Shown here: in pieces, positions 48,372 to 57,212 of the stretch | Numbering within the stretch: position 1 is the first letter of the stretch | Layout: every line of letters begins with the position of its first letter | From: Bacteriovoracaceae bacterium | GTDB taxonomy: Bacteria > Bdellovibrionota > Bacteriovoracia > Bacteriovoracales > Bacteriovoracaceae | DNA: 64,000 nucleotides | Assembly (NCBI GenBank): GCA_048270185.1 | Contig: JBLWTJ010000002.1 | Location: forward strand, 256,001-320,000 | Reading direction: 5' to 3' | Translations under genes and position numbers: made by a program | Notes under the pieces: generated by a model | Database searches by the model: none | What the model saw: only the letters and a program-made list of their open reading frames with translations | What the model was told of the DNA's origin: nothing

Positions 48372-49787
48372 GCTAATTCTAAAAGTAGTATGTGGCATAT
48401 TATCAATAAGGTTAAGATCAAAACCAGAACGTGTCAGTAGTTGTTTTGAAATTGATAAACCTATGCCATTGCCATCATGGTTTGACTTAGTTGAAAAACC
48501 TAGCTCAAAAATTGAATTGGCAACTGTATGACTTATTCCATCTCCACTATCGATGACTTCAATAATTGCATCATTTGCACTAGTTCTTATTTTTATCCAA
48601 GGAGTCTCAGTGTTGTCAGTGGAATTAGTTAACTCATCAATGGCATTTTTCAAGAGATTAACAATACACATTGATAGCTCTGCCTGGTTACAGTTAATTT
48701 CAAAATCTTCAATTTCTTGGATGAGCTTGATCCCGGTATCTTTTAGTCTTTGTTCCACTAACTCGATTGATTCATTTGCAATCTCACGTATTGAGGCAGG
48801 ATGTGAATCGCTTGAAAAATTATTCTTAAATACATTCATGTAGAGATTAGTAATCTCTAAAATTCTCGAGTTATGTTTTGATATTGTCTTTACAGGAGTA
48901 AAGATTAAATCCTCTTTCTTAGCCGACTTTAGAATTTTTTGTATTTTCTGAACCGCAAGATCAACGATGAAAACATGGTTCTTAATATCATGAGCAATAC
49001 TAGCTGCAGCAAAGCCAAAATGTGCGGCCTTAGATAAATGAATAACTTCTTTTTCGAGAGTTAACATCTTTTCAATAGAGCGCTTACTATAGTGTAAATT
49101 AAATCGAATCGCTTCAAAGACATTACCTAAGTAGAATAGAGGAAGTATTGAGCCAGCAGCTTTAATCCCTATTGCATTATCATTAAAGGCCACGGCCAAG
49201 GAAATAATCATACCAATTTTTTAAAAAGCTTCTTTTCTCTTTTGCTTATTTATATATAGCCAAATTATAGCACTTGTATAAACGACGAGAATACCTCCAA
49301 TAACTCCCATTGTTTGACCAATGATATTAGGAGAAATTGTGACCTTCATTGCACGATAAAAAAGACTCTCTCCAGCTATCGGAGATATATTGAAAAGAAA
49401 ATTATAGTCAGACATAAGATATGTTGCATTACAGATAGTTTGAGTGACAGCATAGAGAATACAATACACTTTTAAGAATGAAAGTTGCCATATTCTTTTC
49501 TCAAAGTATGCCTCAAGTGATCTCAGATAGAAAAAGTATGCAAGAAAGGCAAAGGCCCAAGTCATCCCAAGTAGTGTATTTGAATATAAAACATTTTCAA
49601 TATGTGTATTTACTGCCAATAAAACACAGTAAATAGCCGTCGTTAGACACATAAATAAGTACCACAGAACTCGGCGGTCATTTAATTTTCTGAAATTAGT
49701 TACAGCGACAAGTAGTTAATAGACAAAGAAAGTCCCTGCTGCAGTTGTGAGATAACGTAATAAGAAAGTATATTGCTCTAAATTCAT
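48366..49787 (-). pseudogene. membrane sensor histidine kinase interrupted by two in-frame TAA codons
   Basis: one reading frame from ATG 49787 to 48366 with TAA at 49716-49718 and 49221-49223; multi-TM N-terminus; IAHDIKN, NLLKNAID, DSGDGI, FSTK..GNGIGL. Confidence 0.8.
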
Positions 49788-49885
49788 CTAATCGTAACTA
49801 CTTTAAAAAATGACAATATTAGTAAATAGATTAAAGAATTATAAAGGGTTTAACAAATTATATTTAATGGCGTAAGGCCTTAGCG

Positions 49886-51136
49886 TTAATACGCCCAAGC
49901 CTTAATAACAGGTGAAAACTCACCTTCACAAAAGAAGCCTAAGAATAGAGCATCATCTGCACCAACATCTCCTGAAGTCATGATACGACCCCAAGAATTA
50001 TCCGAAGAATTTTGAACTTTCTTACATGAAGTTTTCTCTGGCGAGTAATAGTAGTGATCTGTATGACCCATACAAATTTGGCATTTATTCTTCACATATT
50101 CATTTAAGTCAGAATTACTTCCATTCGGACAACGAATTCGATAATAGAAAGAGTCATCAGAATTTACATCGCCGCCAGTTTGTAGAGTTATTGTTCCACC
50201 AAAATTTGTGTTATAACTTTTCGATGAACTTGGAAATGCATTAATAGACGATGAGCTATCCGTATTATCCTTCCAACCAAAACCTATTGAACAACTTCTC
50301 ATGTAGTCTGTTAGTTCACTACCTGAAGAACAACTTGAAGAAATTCTGAAACGGTCATCCCCGTTTACATCTCCCCTCAGTCTTAAACCAACAAATCCGC
50401 CTGAATCCATATTGAGTGCAACATTTCGATAAGCTCCTCCCGCATCACTATGAGAGAATGTCATTGAGCATCCTTCTGGATAAGTGAAATCAGCAGCGGC
50501 CATTTTATCAACTCGTGAACAAGTTAGAATTCTCGTCTCACCACTCGATTCAGGAGATTGACCTGTTGCCATTCCCACATTGACTGCAAAGTCACTTATA
50601 ATTTCTCTAGTCTGAGTTGATGACATTTTCTTCGAAAGAACAGCTCTAATAATCCCTATATCATTGTGGGCCGAGCTATTGTTATAATCAGCTCCAGCAC
50701 CAGTTGGATTATTCATAATTAATTTTAGTGATTTAATTGTAAGCTTACCAAACTTAGACTTATCATCTGTACCTGGATTATCTTGGCCATTAAACTTTTT
50801 AAGAGTTCTTTGATCTCCGGCTTGATTAGCAAAATAAAGAGCGATATCAAGTCCTTCTGCTGTTTCATCATCAATTTCACTTTTTTTAAACACAACAGGA
50901 TCAGAGGGTACACCACTTGGGCCATTCCCGGCGAGACTAACTCGACAATGCTTTTCATCGTTTAGGAGTAATCTAACTGATGTTTCAAATTCAACTTCAT
51001 CAGAATTCGTTTGAGCAAAATTCTGTACATCTCTCATGTTCTTTGTCATTTGCATAAAAGCCAAGGCCAAACCACCTAATAAACCTGCTGCAACGACGAC
51101 TTCTGCGAGAGTAAATCCTTTCTTTGTAATCTTAAT
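49886..51136 (-). CDS. large prepilin-like (type IV pilin/pseudopilin N-terminus) protein with three GDVxxDD repeats
   Basis: KKG|FTLAEVVVAAGLLGGLALAF class III signal lies upstream of the track's TTG; only ATT codons are available as starts; repeats GDVNGDDRF, GDVNSDDSF, GDVGADDAL. Confidence 0.75.
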   Translation of the reverse strand: MKITKKGFTLAEVVVAAGLLGGLALAFMQMTKNMRDVQNFAQTNSDEVEFETSVRLLLNDEKHCRVSLAGNGPSGVPSDPVVFKKSEIDDETAEGLDIALYFANQAGDQRTLKKFNGQDNPGTDDKSKFGKLTIKSLKLIMNNPTGAGADYNNSSAHNDIGIIRAVLSKKMSSTQTREIISDFAVNVGMATGQSPESSGETRILTCSRVDKMAAADFTYPEGCSMTFSHSDAGGAYRNVALNMDSGGFVGLRLRGDVNGDDRFRISSSCSSGSELTDYMRSCSIGFGWKDNTDSSSSINAFPSSSKSYNTNFGGTITLQTGGDVNSDDSFYYRIRCPNGSNSDLNEYVKNKCQICMGHTDHYYYSPEKTSCKKVQNSSDNSWGRIMTSGDVGADDALFLGFFCEGEFSPVIKAWAY

Positions 51137-51153
51137 AACTTCTTCCTTGAAAT

Positions 51154-51179
51154 AAAAAAGGCCACCAATAGGTAGCCTT
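51154..51179 (-). terminator. intrinsic terminator after fadD
   Basis: AAGGCTACC-TATT-GGTGGCCTT followed by a U-run. Confidence 0.75.
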
Positions 51180-51193
51180 AATATGTTTAAGGC

Positions 51194-52855
51194 TTACTGG
51201 CCTCTTAAATCTTTTCTTAGGATCTTTCCTACGTTTGACTTCGGAAGCTCCGTTCTAAATTCAATAATCTTTGGTCTCTTATAACCAGTTAGGTTTTCTT
51301 TACAGAATTCCATTAGCTCGTCTTCAGTAAGAGATTGATCATTCTTAACAACAAAGAGTTTTACAACTTCGCCAGACTTATCATGTGGAACACCTACGGC
51401 CGCACATTCAAATACTTTAGGGTGAGTTACAACAATTTCTTCAACTTCATTTGGATAAACATTGAATCCAGAAACAAGAATCATATCTTTCTTACGATCA
51501 ACAATTTTGAAGAAACCTTCTTCGTTCATTAGACCAATATCACCCGACTTAAAGTAACCGTCTGCAGTCATAACCTTAGCAGTCTCTTCAGGGCGTCCCC
51601 AGTAACCTTTCATTACTTGTGGACCTTTGATACAAATCTCACCAACTTCACCAACGTTAAGAGTATTTCCATCGTCATCTTTAATACAAACATCAGTTGA
51701 TGAAACAGGTAGTCCGATCATTCCATTAAAGTCTTTTAAATCCATTGGATTGATACAAGCAGCTGGTGAAGTTTCAGTTAAACCGTATGCTTCAATTAAA
51801 GGAGCTCCAGTCACTGACTTCCATTTTTCAGCAACAGCACGTTGAACGGCCATTCCGCCACCAAGAGTTAATTTAAGGTTAGAGAAATCAACAGTCTTAA
51901 AGTCTTCATTATTCAGTAGGCCATTAAAAAGAGTGTTTACACCTGTGATTGCTGTAAAATCCCACTTCTTTAGTTCTTTAACAAAGCCAGGAATATCTCT
52001 TGGGTTAGTAATTAGAATATTTAGTGCTCCAATCTTAGAGAATGTGAAGCAGTTAGCTGTTAATGAGAAGATATGATATAGCGGAAGAGGAGTAATAATG
52101 ATTTCCTTTCCTTCTTCAACTGCTGGAGAAATCCACTCTCCAGCTTGTAGCATATTGGCCACAATATTTCTGTGAGTAAGCTCTGCACCTTTTGAAACAC
52201 CAGTTGTTCCACCAGTATATTGTAGGAATGCTAATTCAGAGTTTAAAATTTCAGGCTTCTTAAAAGTTTTCTCATCACCTTTATCAAGAGCTGCTAAGAA
52301 AGACTTTGCTCCAGGAAGATCCCATGTTGGTACCATCTTCTTAACATGCTTGATAACAAAGTTAACAAGAAGTGACTTAGGGAATTTAAGCATGTCACCA
52401 ATTTGAGTAACAAGAACGTGCTCAATTGGAGTATTCTTTACAACTTCAGAAAGTACAGAAGCTGAGTTTTCAAAAATAATAATAACTTTAGATTGTGAGT
52501 CAGTTAGCTGATGCTCAAGCTCTCTTGCTGTATAAAGAGGGTTAACGTTAACGCAAACCATTCCAGCTCTAAGAATACCAAAGAGGGCCACTGGGTATTG
52601 AAGAATATTTGGCATCATGATCGCAACGCGATCACCTTTTTTAAGACCTAGATCATTTTGCAGATAAGAAGCAAACTTCTTTGAAAGATGGTCAAGATCA
52701 CCATATGTTAGAGTTTTCCCCATGCAATGAAATGCTGGCTTTGAGGCAAATTTTGAAAAGCTCTCCTCTAATAAAGCAGGGATTGAAGCATAGGCTTCAG
52801 GATTAATTTCTTCAGATACTCCACTTTGATAGTGATTGAACCAAGGCTTTGTCAC
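51194..52855 (-). CDS. fadD: long-chain-fatty-acid--CoA ligase
   Basis: LQYTGGTTGVSKGA, EAYGLTETSP, SGDIG, DRKKDMILVSGFNVYPNE, PKSNVGKILR. Confidence 0.95.
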   Translation of the reverse strand: MTKPWFNHYQSGVSEEINPEAYASIPALLEESFSKFASKPAFHCMGKTLTYGDLDHLSKKFASYLQNDLGLKKGDRVAIMMPNILQYPVALFGILRAGMVCVNVNPLYTARELEHQLTDSQSKVIIIFENSASVLSEVVKNTPIEHVLVTQIGDMLKFPKSLLVNFVIKHVKKMVPTWDLPGAKSFLAALDKGDEKTFKKPEILNSELAFLQYTGGTTGVSKGAELTHRNIVANMLQAGEWISPAVEEGKEIIITPLPLYHIFSLTANCFTFSKIGALNILITNPRDIPGFVKELKKWDFTAITGVNTLFNGLLNNEDFKTVDFSNLKLTLGGGMAVQRAVAEKWKSVTGAPLIEAYGLTETSPAACINPMDLKDFNGMIGLPVSSTDVCIKDDDGNTLNVGEVGEICIKGPQVMKGYWGRPEETAKVMTADGYFKSGDIGLMNEEGFFKIVDRKKDMILVSGFNVYPNEVEEIVVTHPKVFECAAVGVPHDKSGEVVKLFVVKNDQSLTEDELMEFCKENLTGYKRPKIIEFRTELPKSNVGKILRKDLRGQ

Positions 52856-53040
52856 AGCAAAACTCCAAATGTTAAGTCTATTAATAAATTAAAATTATAT
52901 TGTATTTTAAATTATAGCTAGTTACAACTTAGAACTTAAACGCGCACAGCATCAAGTAAAACTCATTAAACTTTATTCTTGTCGAAATAAATTTTATTAG
53001 ATATAAGGGTGACCGTTTTGCAAAACACCACACACACATT

Positions 53041-53070
53041 AGGCCCCCTGAATTAGGGGCCTTTCTCTTT
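53041..53070 (+). terminator. terminator-like hairpin in a divergent intergenic region
   Basis: AGGCCCC-CTGAATTA-GGGGCCT followed by TTCTCTTT; no ORF ends here. Confidence 0.55.
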
Positions 53071-53093
53071 AAGCCTATGTTAAAATCATCTAA

Positions 53094-53342
53094 ATGAGTA
53101 AAAAAGCAGATTTCTACATTAACGAAGATGGCAATACAGTATTCACTGAAGAATTCCATTTAAGGCGTGGCTACTGCTGTGAAAGCGGATGTCTACACTG
53201 CCCTTTTGGCTTTGGTGAAGGGGAAGAAGATAGAGATAGTGCCGAGATACCTCACGAACTTCGACGCTTAGATGCATCACCAGAAATCTCAGACGAAGAC
53301 CTCGCCGAACTCTACCTAAGCGACCTCGACGACGACCAATAA
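53094..53342 (+). CDS. DUF5522-like small Cys-rich protein with acidic tail
   Basis: DFYI...G..VFTE.FHLRRGYCCESGCLHCPFG. Confidence 0.8.
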   Translation: MSKKADFYINEDGNTVFTEEFHLRRGYCCESGCLHCPFGFGEGEEDRDSAEIPHELRRLDASPEISDEDLAELYLSDLDDDQ

Positions 53343-53407
53343 TTAGACATTTTTCAATTTCTATACAGAAAGCCCTGACCTAAGCCACTGATATTACATA
53401 ATCCTTT

Positions 53408-53424
53408 TTGGCATCCTCTGTGCA
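53408..53424 (+). promoter_or_regulatory. sigma54 -24/-12 promoter
   Basis: TTGGCATCCTCTGTGCA, GG-N10-GC. Confidence 0.65.
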
Positions 53425-53456
53425 TTCTAATAAGTGCATACTTTTTGGAGGAATAT

Positions 53457-53795
53457 ATGAAATTACTTTCTTTACTAGCAATGACTTTGATTTTATCCGC
53501 TTCAGCTCAAGCTGCAGTTAATAATAATTTCAAGTGCCAATCAGCACGCAAGAATATTGAATTCAAAATTAAAGGTAATCACATTCAGGTTGAAGGAAGA
53601 AATCCGGCCCACTCAATTGTTGGCCGTACTCATCAAGTAGGTAATTCAATGACAAAGCACTACCAAGCAAATGGTCAAAAATATCAGATTCACTTTGATG
53701 ATGTGACGAATTCAAATGAGATGAATACTTATATCTCAATTAAATCTAAGCACGGGCACGAGGTGACATACCCACTAACTTGCCAAGCAATCTAA
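53457..53795 (+). CDS. small secreted hypothetical protein
   Basis: SD GGAGG, signal peptide AQA-A, Cys near each end of the mature chain. Confidence 0.75.
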   Translation: MKLLSLLAMTLILSASAQAAVNNNFKCQSARKNIEFKIKGNHIQVEGRNPAHSIVGRTHQVGNSMTKHYQANGQKYQIHFDDVTNSNEMNTYISIKSKHGHEVTYPLTCQAI

Positions 53796-54697
53796 TTAAC
53801 CTGTTTCACAAGAAGTATTGAAGAGTCTGTTATTGCTTTAATAATGGCAGACTCGATATCCTTAATGGCCGCTGACTCAAATTCACGAATAACTGTTCCG
53901 TCAATATCACATTCACCACTAAGAACAACAACCGAACTAATACCATTTAATGAGATGGCACTTTCTTGATCTTTTTCTAAGATTTTCAAACGAGCATTAA
54001 AGTATTCATTTGAAGTTAGAATTCCACTTTCTTTTAAGTTCTTATATTGGAAGAAATCTAGGCGATTCTCTTTTGGATCAAAATTGATAACATCCATGGC
54101 CTTTTTTACATGAAGCTCACGTGGTTTTCCATCAAGCCCCATTCGATTCCAATCCCATACACGATAAGTCACACCCGAGTTTTGTTGAACTTCAACAAGA
54201 GTAACACCTGATCCAATTGCATGAATTGATCCGGCAGGAAGATTAAAGAAGTCACCCTTTTGAACTTCAATAAAGTTTAGAAGTTCATTTACTTCCTCAC
54301 CTTCTTCAATTGCCTTTTGGAGATCATCTTTAGTGATGCCTTCTTTAAGTCCGAGATAAATTCCCGATCCTTCCTCAGCATCTAGGATATACCAACACTC
54401 TTCTTTGCCTAGAGCATCTTCATGAATGTGAGCATATTCATTATCAGGGTGAACTTGTATTGATAAATTTTGATTTGTATCGATGAACTTGATTAAATAA
54501 GGCAGTACCTTGCCTTCTAATACATCATTTAAACTTCTTCCATCTTCACACAGAGAAAGGCCATTTTCTAAAGTTGAAACTTCCCAGGTCTCTCCTAGAG
54601 GTCCTTCAAATGAACTTTCTTCACTTAATTTATATTTTTTTAATTTTTCTCCACCCCAAACAGTTGAGACGAGATGTGGTATCTGCTTTAAAATCAT
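53792..54697 (-). CDS. manA: mannose-6-phosphate isomerase, class I
   Basis: VWGG, GETWE, LIKFID, LSIQVHP, KEECWY, PAGSIHAIG, EVQQNS..TYRVWDW.R. Confidence 0.92.
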   Translation of the reverse strand: MILKQIPHLVSTVWGGEKLKKYKLSEESSFEGPLGETWEVSTLENGLSLCEDGRSLNDVLEGKVLPYLIKFIDTNQNLSIQVHPDNEYAHIHEDALGKEECWYILDAEEGSGIYLGLKEGITKDDLQKAIEEGEEVNELLNFIEVQKGDFFNLPAGSIHAIGSGVTLVEVQQNSGVTYRVWDWNRMGLDGKPRELHVKKAMDVINFDPKENRLDFFQYKNLKESGILTSNEYFNARLKILEKDQESAISLNGISSVVVLSGECDIDGTVIREFESAAIKDIESAIIKAITDSSILLVKQVN

Positions 54698-54801
54698 AAG
54701 AATATGGTAGCGTAATTGGGGTATTTAAGCGAGTTATAAAGCTTTACTTTAATTAACAAGGTTTAATAAGCGCATCGCATTAATTGGCGTTAAGATAAAT
54801 C

Positions 54802-55488
54802 ATGATCGAAAACCTACCAAGCCGCATTGAAATACCAGTTATCACACTTCCCAATATTGTGTTCTTTCCGGGTACCTCAATTCCTTTATATGTTGTCGAT
54901 GAAATATTTCAAGATATTTTTGAAGATGCTACTTGTGCAGGTAATCCGATTGGCATTTCCATGGCAACACAGAAGAATTTTGAAACTTATTTCGCCTATC
55001 CATGCGAGGTTTTTGGCATTGGAAAACCACTAATGATCGAGCGAGTGGACGGTAATACTTTAAAAGTTCTCATGCGCTGTATTGGAAAATGTGAATTAAA
55101 TTACCCTACTCAATCTAACCCTTATCCCATCTATAGTGTTAATGTCTTAAAGGATAAAGAATGTTCGATGAGTAACCTTGATGATTTTTATCGACTAGAG
55201 AGTATTCTCTACAATTGGCTAGAAACAAATATTTCAGATGACACTGACCGCGATCACTTCATCGAGACTTTGCATAAGCCAGAGCAAATCGTTAATTATG
55301 TGGCCACATTTATTATAAAAAGTTGTCAGATAAGACAATTACTTCTCCAGCAAGATAATCTCAATGATAAAATCAAGATTTTAAATTCTCTTATCACTGA
55401 TGAACACATCTATCACGAAGATCCAATTGTTGCTCAAGGCTATATTGACTTTGTCAGTGAGCAGCTCCAACTAAAACAAGCAAATTGA
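54802..55488 (+). CDS. stand-alone LON substrate-binding (N-terminal) domain protein
   Basis: IPVITLPNIVFFPGTSIPLYV, RQLLLQ; no AAA+ or protease domain. Confidence 0.8.
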   Translation: MIENLPSRIEIPVITLPNIVFFPGTSIPLYVVDEIFQDIFEDATCAGNPIGISMATQKNFETYFAYPCEVFGIGKPLMIERVDGNTLKVLMRCIGKCELNYPTQSNPYPIYSVNVLKDKECSMSNLDDFYRLESILYNWLETNISDDTDRDHFIETLHKPEQIVNYVATFIIKSCQIRQLLLQQDNLNDKIKILNSLITDEHIYHEDPIVAQGYIDFVSEQLQLKQAN

Positions 55489-55493
55489 AGAAA

Positions 55494-56135
55494 CTAAAAG
55501 AGAACTAAGAGTAAATTAATCACCGTCATGGCCGCCGCCGTAAAGAATGAAAGTGTAAAATTGTCATCAAGCTTTGTAGAAAGTAGCTCAATAAATGCCG
55601 TTGCAAGCCCAGTTACAAAAGCAAAAATCACAATCTTTAAGCTTAGTGGAAGATAGAGAAGGCCATAAATTGCAACGATAATAAAAGTCATCATAAAAGA
55701 AGCATATGATCCTTCAAATGTTCTTGAAGCTATTAGCTTTCTCTTTCCATAACGAATTCCTACAAATGAAGATGCTGGATCAGAAAGGGATAAAATAATT
55801 GTAGCAAGTAGAGCAATTTGCTCATCAAAACAAAGAAAGCTTAGTCCAATGCCAAGAAGAAAAAGTGGTGTTCCAGTGAAGCTATTAATTTCAGTATCTC
55901 TAAGCACTGAACGGCATGCTGCCACGAATACCTGATTAACAGACTCAATCTTTAAGCGTAAAACTTCGATTATAGTAAAGACAAGAGATGCACCAAGAAC
56001 GATATAAGAAAATTGTCTCGCCTCAATACTTGTTAGTAAATAGATAAGAATAATCCCTAGGCCAGAGATGACGTGAACAAGCTTTCTTAAAACATGTGGT
56101 TCAAACTTTGTTGGGAATCTATAAATACTATCCAT
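55494..56135 (-). CDS. CTP-dependent polyprenol/diacylglycerol kinase family membrane protein
   Basis: RKLVH, LR..E, DP.SS.VG..YG, RTFEGS, DDNF. Confidence 0.85.
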   Translation of the reverse strand: MDSIYRFPTKFEPHVLRKLVHVISGLGIILIYLLTSIEARQFSYIVLGASLVFTIIEVLRLKIESVNQVFVAACRSVLRDTEINSFTGTPLFLLGIGLSFLCFDEQIALLATIILSLSDPASSFVGIRYGKRKLIASRTFEGSYASFMMTFIIVAIYGLLYLPLSLKIVIFAFVTGLATAFIELLSTKLDDNFTLSFFTAAAMTVINLLLVLF

Positions 56136-56238
56136 TCCTTCAATATATAATTTTACAAAAATAAAATAAAGCTCTTTTCGAGGCTTTTTAATTTTGGCTA
56201 TAATGTAGGAAACTTAAGCAGCTATACAAGGACGTATT

Positions 56239-57204
56239 TTGAATAATAGCACAAACTCACATTTAGCAGATGCCGGGCAATTTCTTGGCTCATCAAATAA
56301 TGGTAAGAAAATTTGGGCCATTGGTGGTGGAAAAGGTGGAGTTGGGAAGAGTCTAGTAACTTCAAACTTATCAATCTGTCTTGCATTAATGGGCATGAAA
56401 GTTATTGCCATCGATATGGACCTCGGTGGGGCCAACCTTCACACTTGTCTTGGATGTAATGTTCCAGCTAAAACACTAAGTGATTACTTCACTAAGCCAA
56501 ATACAAAATTATCAGATCTTATCACTCCTACTCCACTGAAGAATCTTAGTCTTATCAGTGGGGCACAAGATAACTTAGGAATGGCCAACTTAAAAACGGC
56601 CCATAAATCAAAAGTCCTAAATGATCTAAGAGAGCTAGACGCTGATTATATTCTTCTCGATCTTGGAGCAGGGACAACAAATAATACTCTGGATTTCTTC
56701 TTAGGAGCTGATCAAGGTATTCTTGTAACCCTTCCTGAGCCAACTTCAATTGAGAATACTTACCGTTTTATCAAATCGATTTATCACAGAAAGCTTCAGT
56801 CAGTTGATGAGTTCTTAGAACTTGGGCCACTTATTGATAAGGTTCTCAATGGTAAAGTCGGTGAAAACCGTACTCCTTCTGAAATTATTGAGAAGGCCAT
56901 GCAAATCGATGAAACACAGGGTCTTAAATTAAAAAGAGAAATAGAAGCGATCACACCAAAGCTAGTAATTAACCAAGCTAGAACTCAAGCAGATATCGAT
57001 ATCGGTTTTGCCATGAGAATTATTTCAAAGAAATACTTTGGTATTAACCTCGACTATGTTGGTTTCCTTGAGTACGACGCTACTGTTTGGCAAAGTGTAA
57101 AAAAGAAGAAACCTTTAATTCTTGAATTTCCAAATTCAGCACTTGTTAAAAACTTTGAACATATCATCAATCGTATTCTTAATCTGACTAGAAAAATTGT
57201 ATAG
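56239..57204 (+). CDS. MinD/FlhG-like P-loop ATPase
   Basis: GGGKGGVGKS, DMDLGGANLH, LLDLGAG, PEPTSIEN.Y. Confidence 0.88.
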   Translation: MNNSTNSHLADAGQFLGSSNNGKKIWAIGGGKGGVGKSLVTSNLSICLALMGMKVIAIDMDLGGANLHTCLGCNVPAKTLSDYFTKPNTKLSDLITPTPLKNLSLISGAQDNLGMANLKTAHKSKVLNDLRELDADYILLDLGAGTTNNTLDFFLGADQGILVTLPEPTSIENTYRFIKSIYHRKLQSVDEFLELGPLIDKVLNGKVGENRTPSEIIEKAMQIDETQGLKLKREIEAITPKLVINQARTQADIDIGFAMRIISKKYFGINLDYVGFLEYDATVWQSVKKKKPLILEFPNSALVKNFEHIINRILNLTRKIV

Positions 57205-57212
57205 AGGAAATA

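Noticed and set aside
11555..49718. TAA stop-codon reassignment suggested by three in-frame TAAs
   Set aside because: TAA is the normal stop of most intact genes here (leuS, metG, fadD, cysK), so genome-wide recoding is untenable
52929..53159. 76-aa minus-strand ORF spanning the candidate sRNA
   Set aside because: Overlaps DUF5522 antisense and has no SD or family features; the hairpins are better explained as RNA structure
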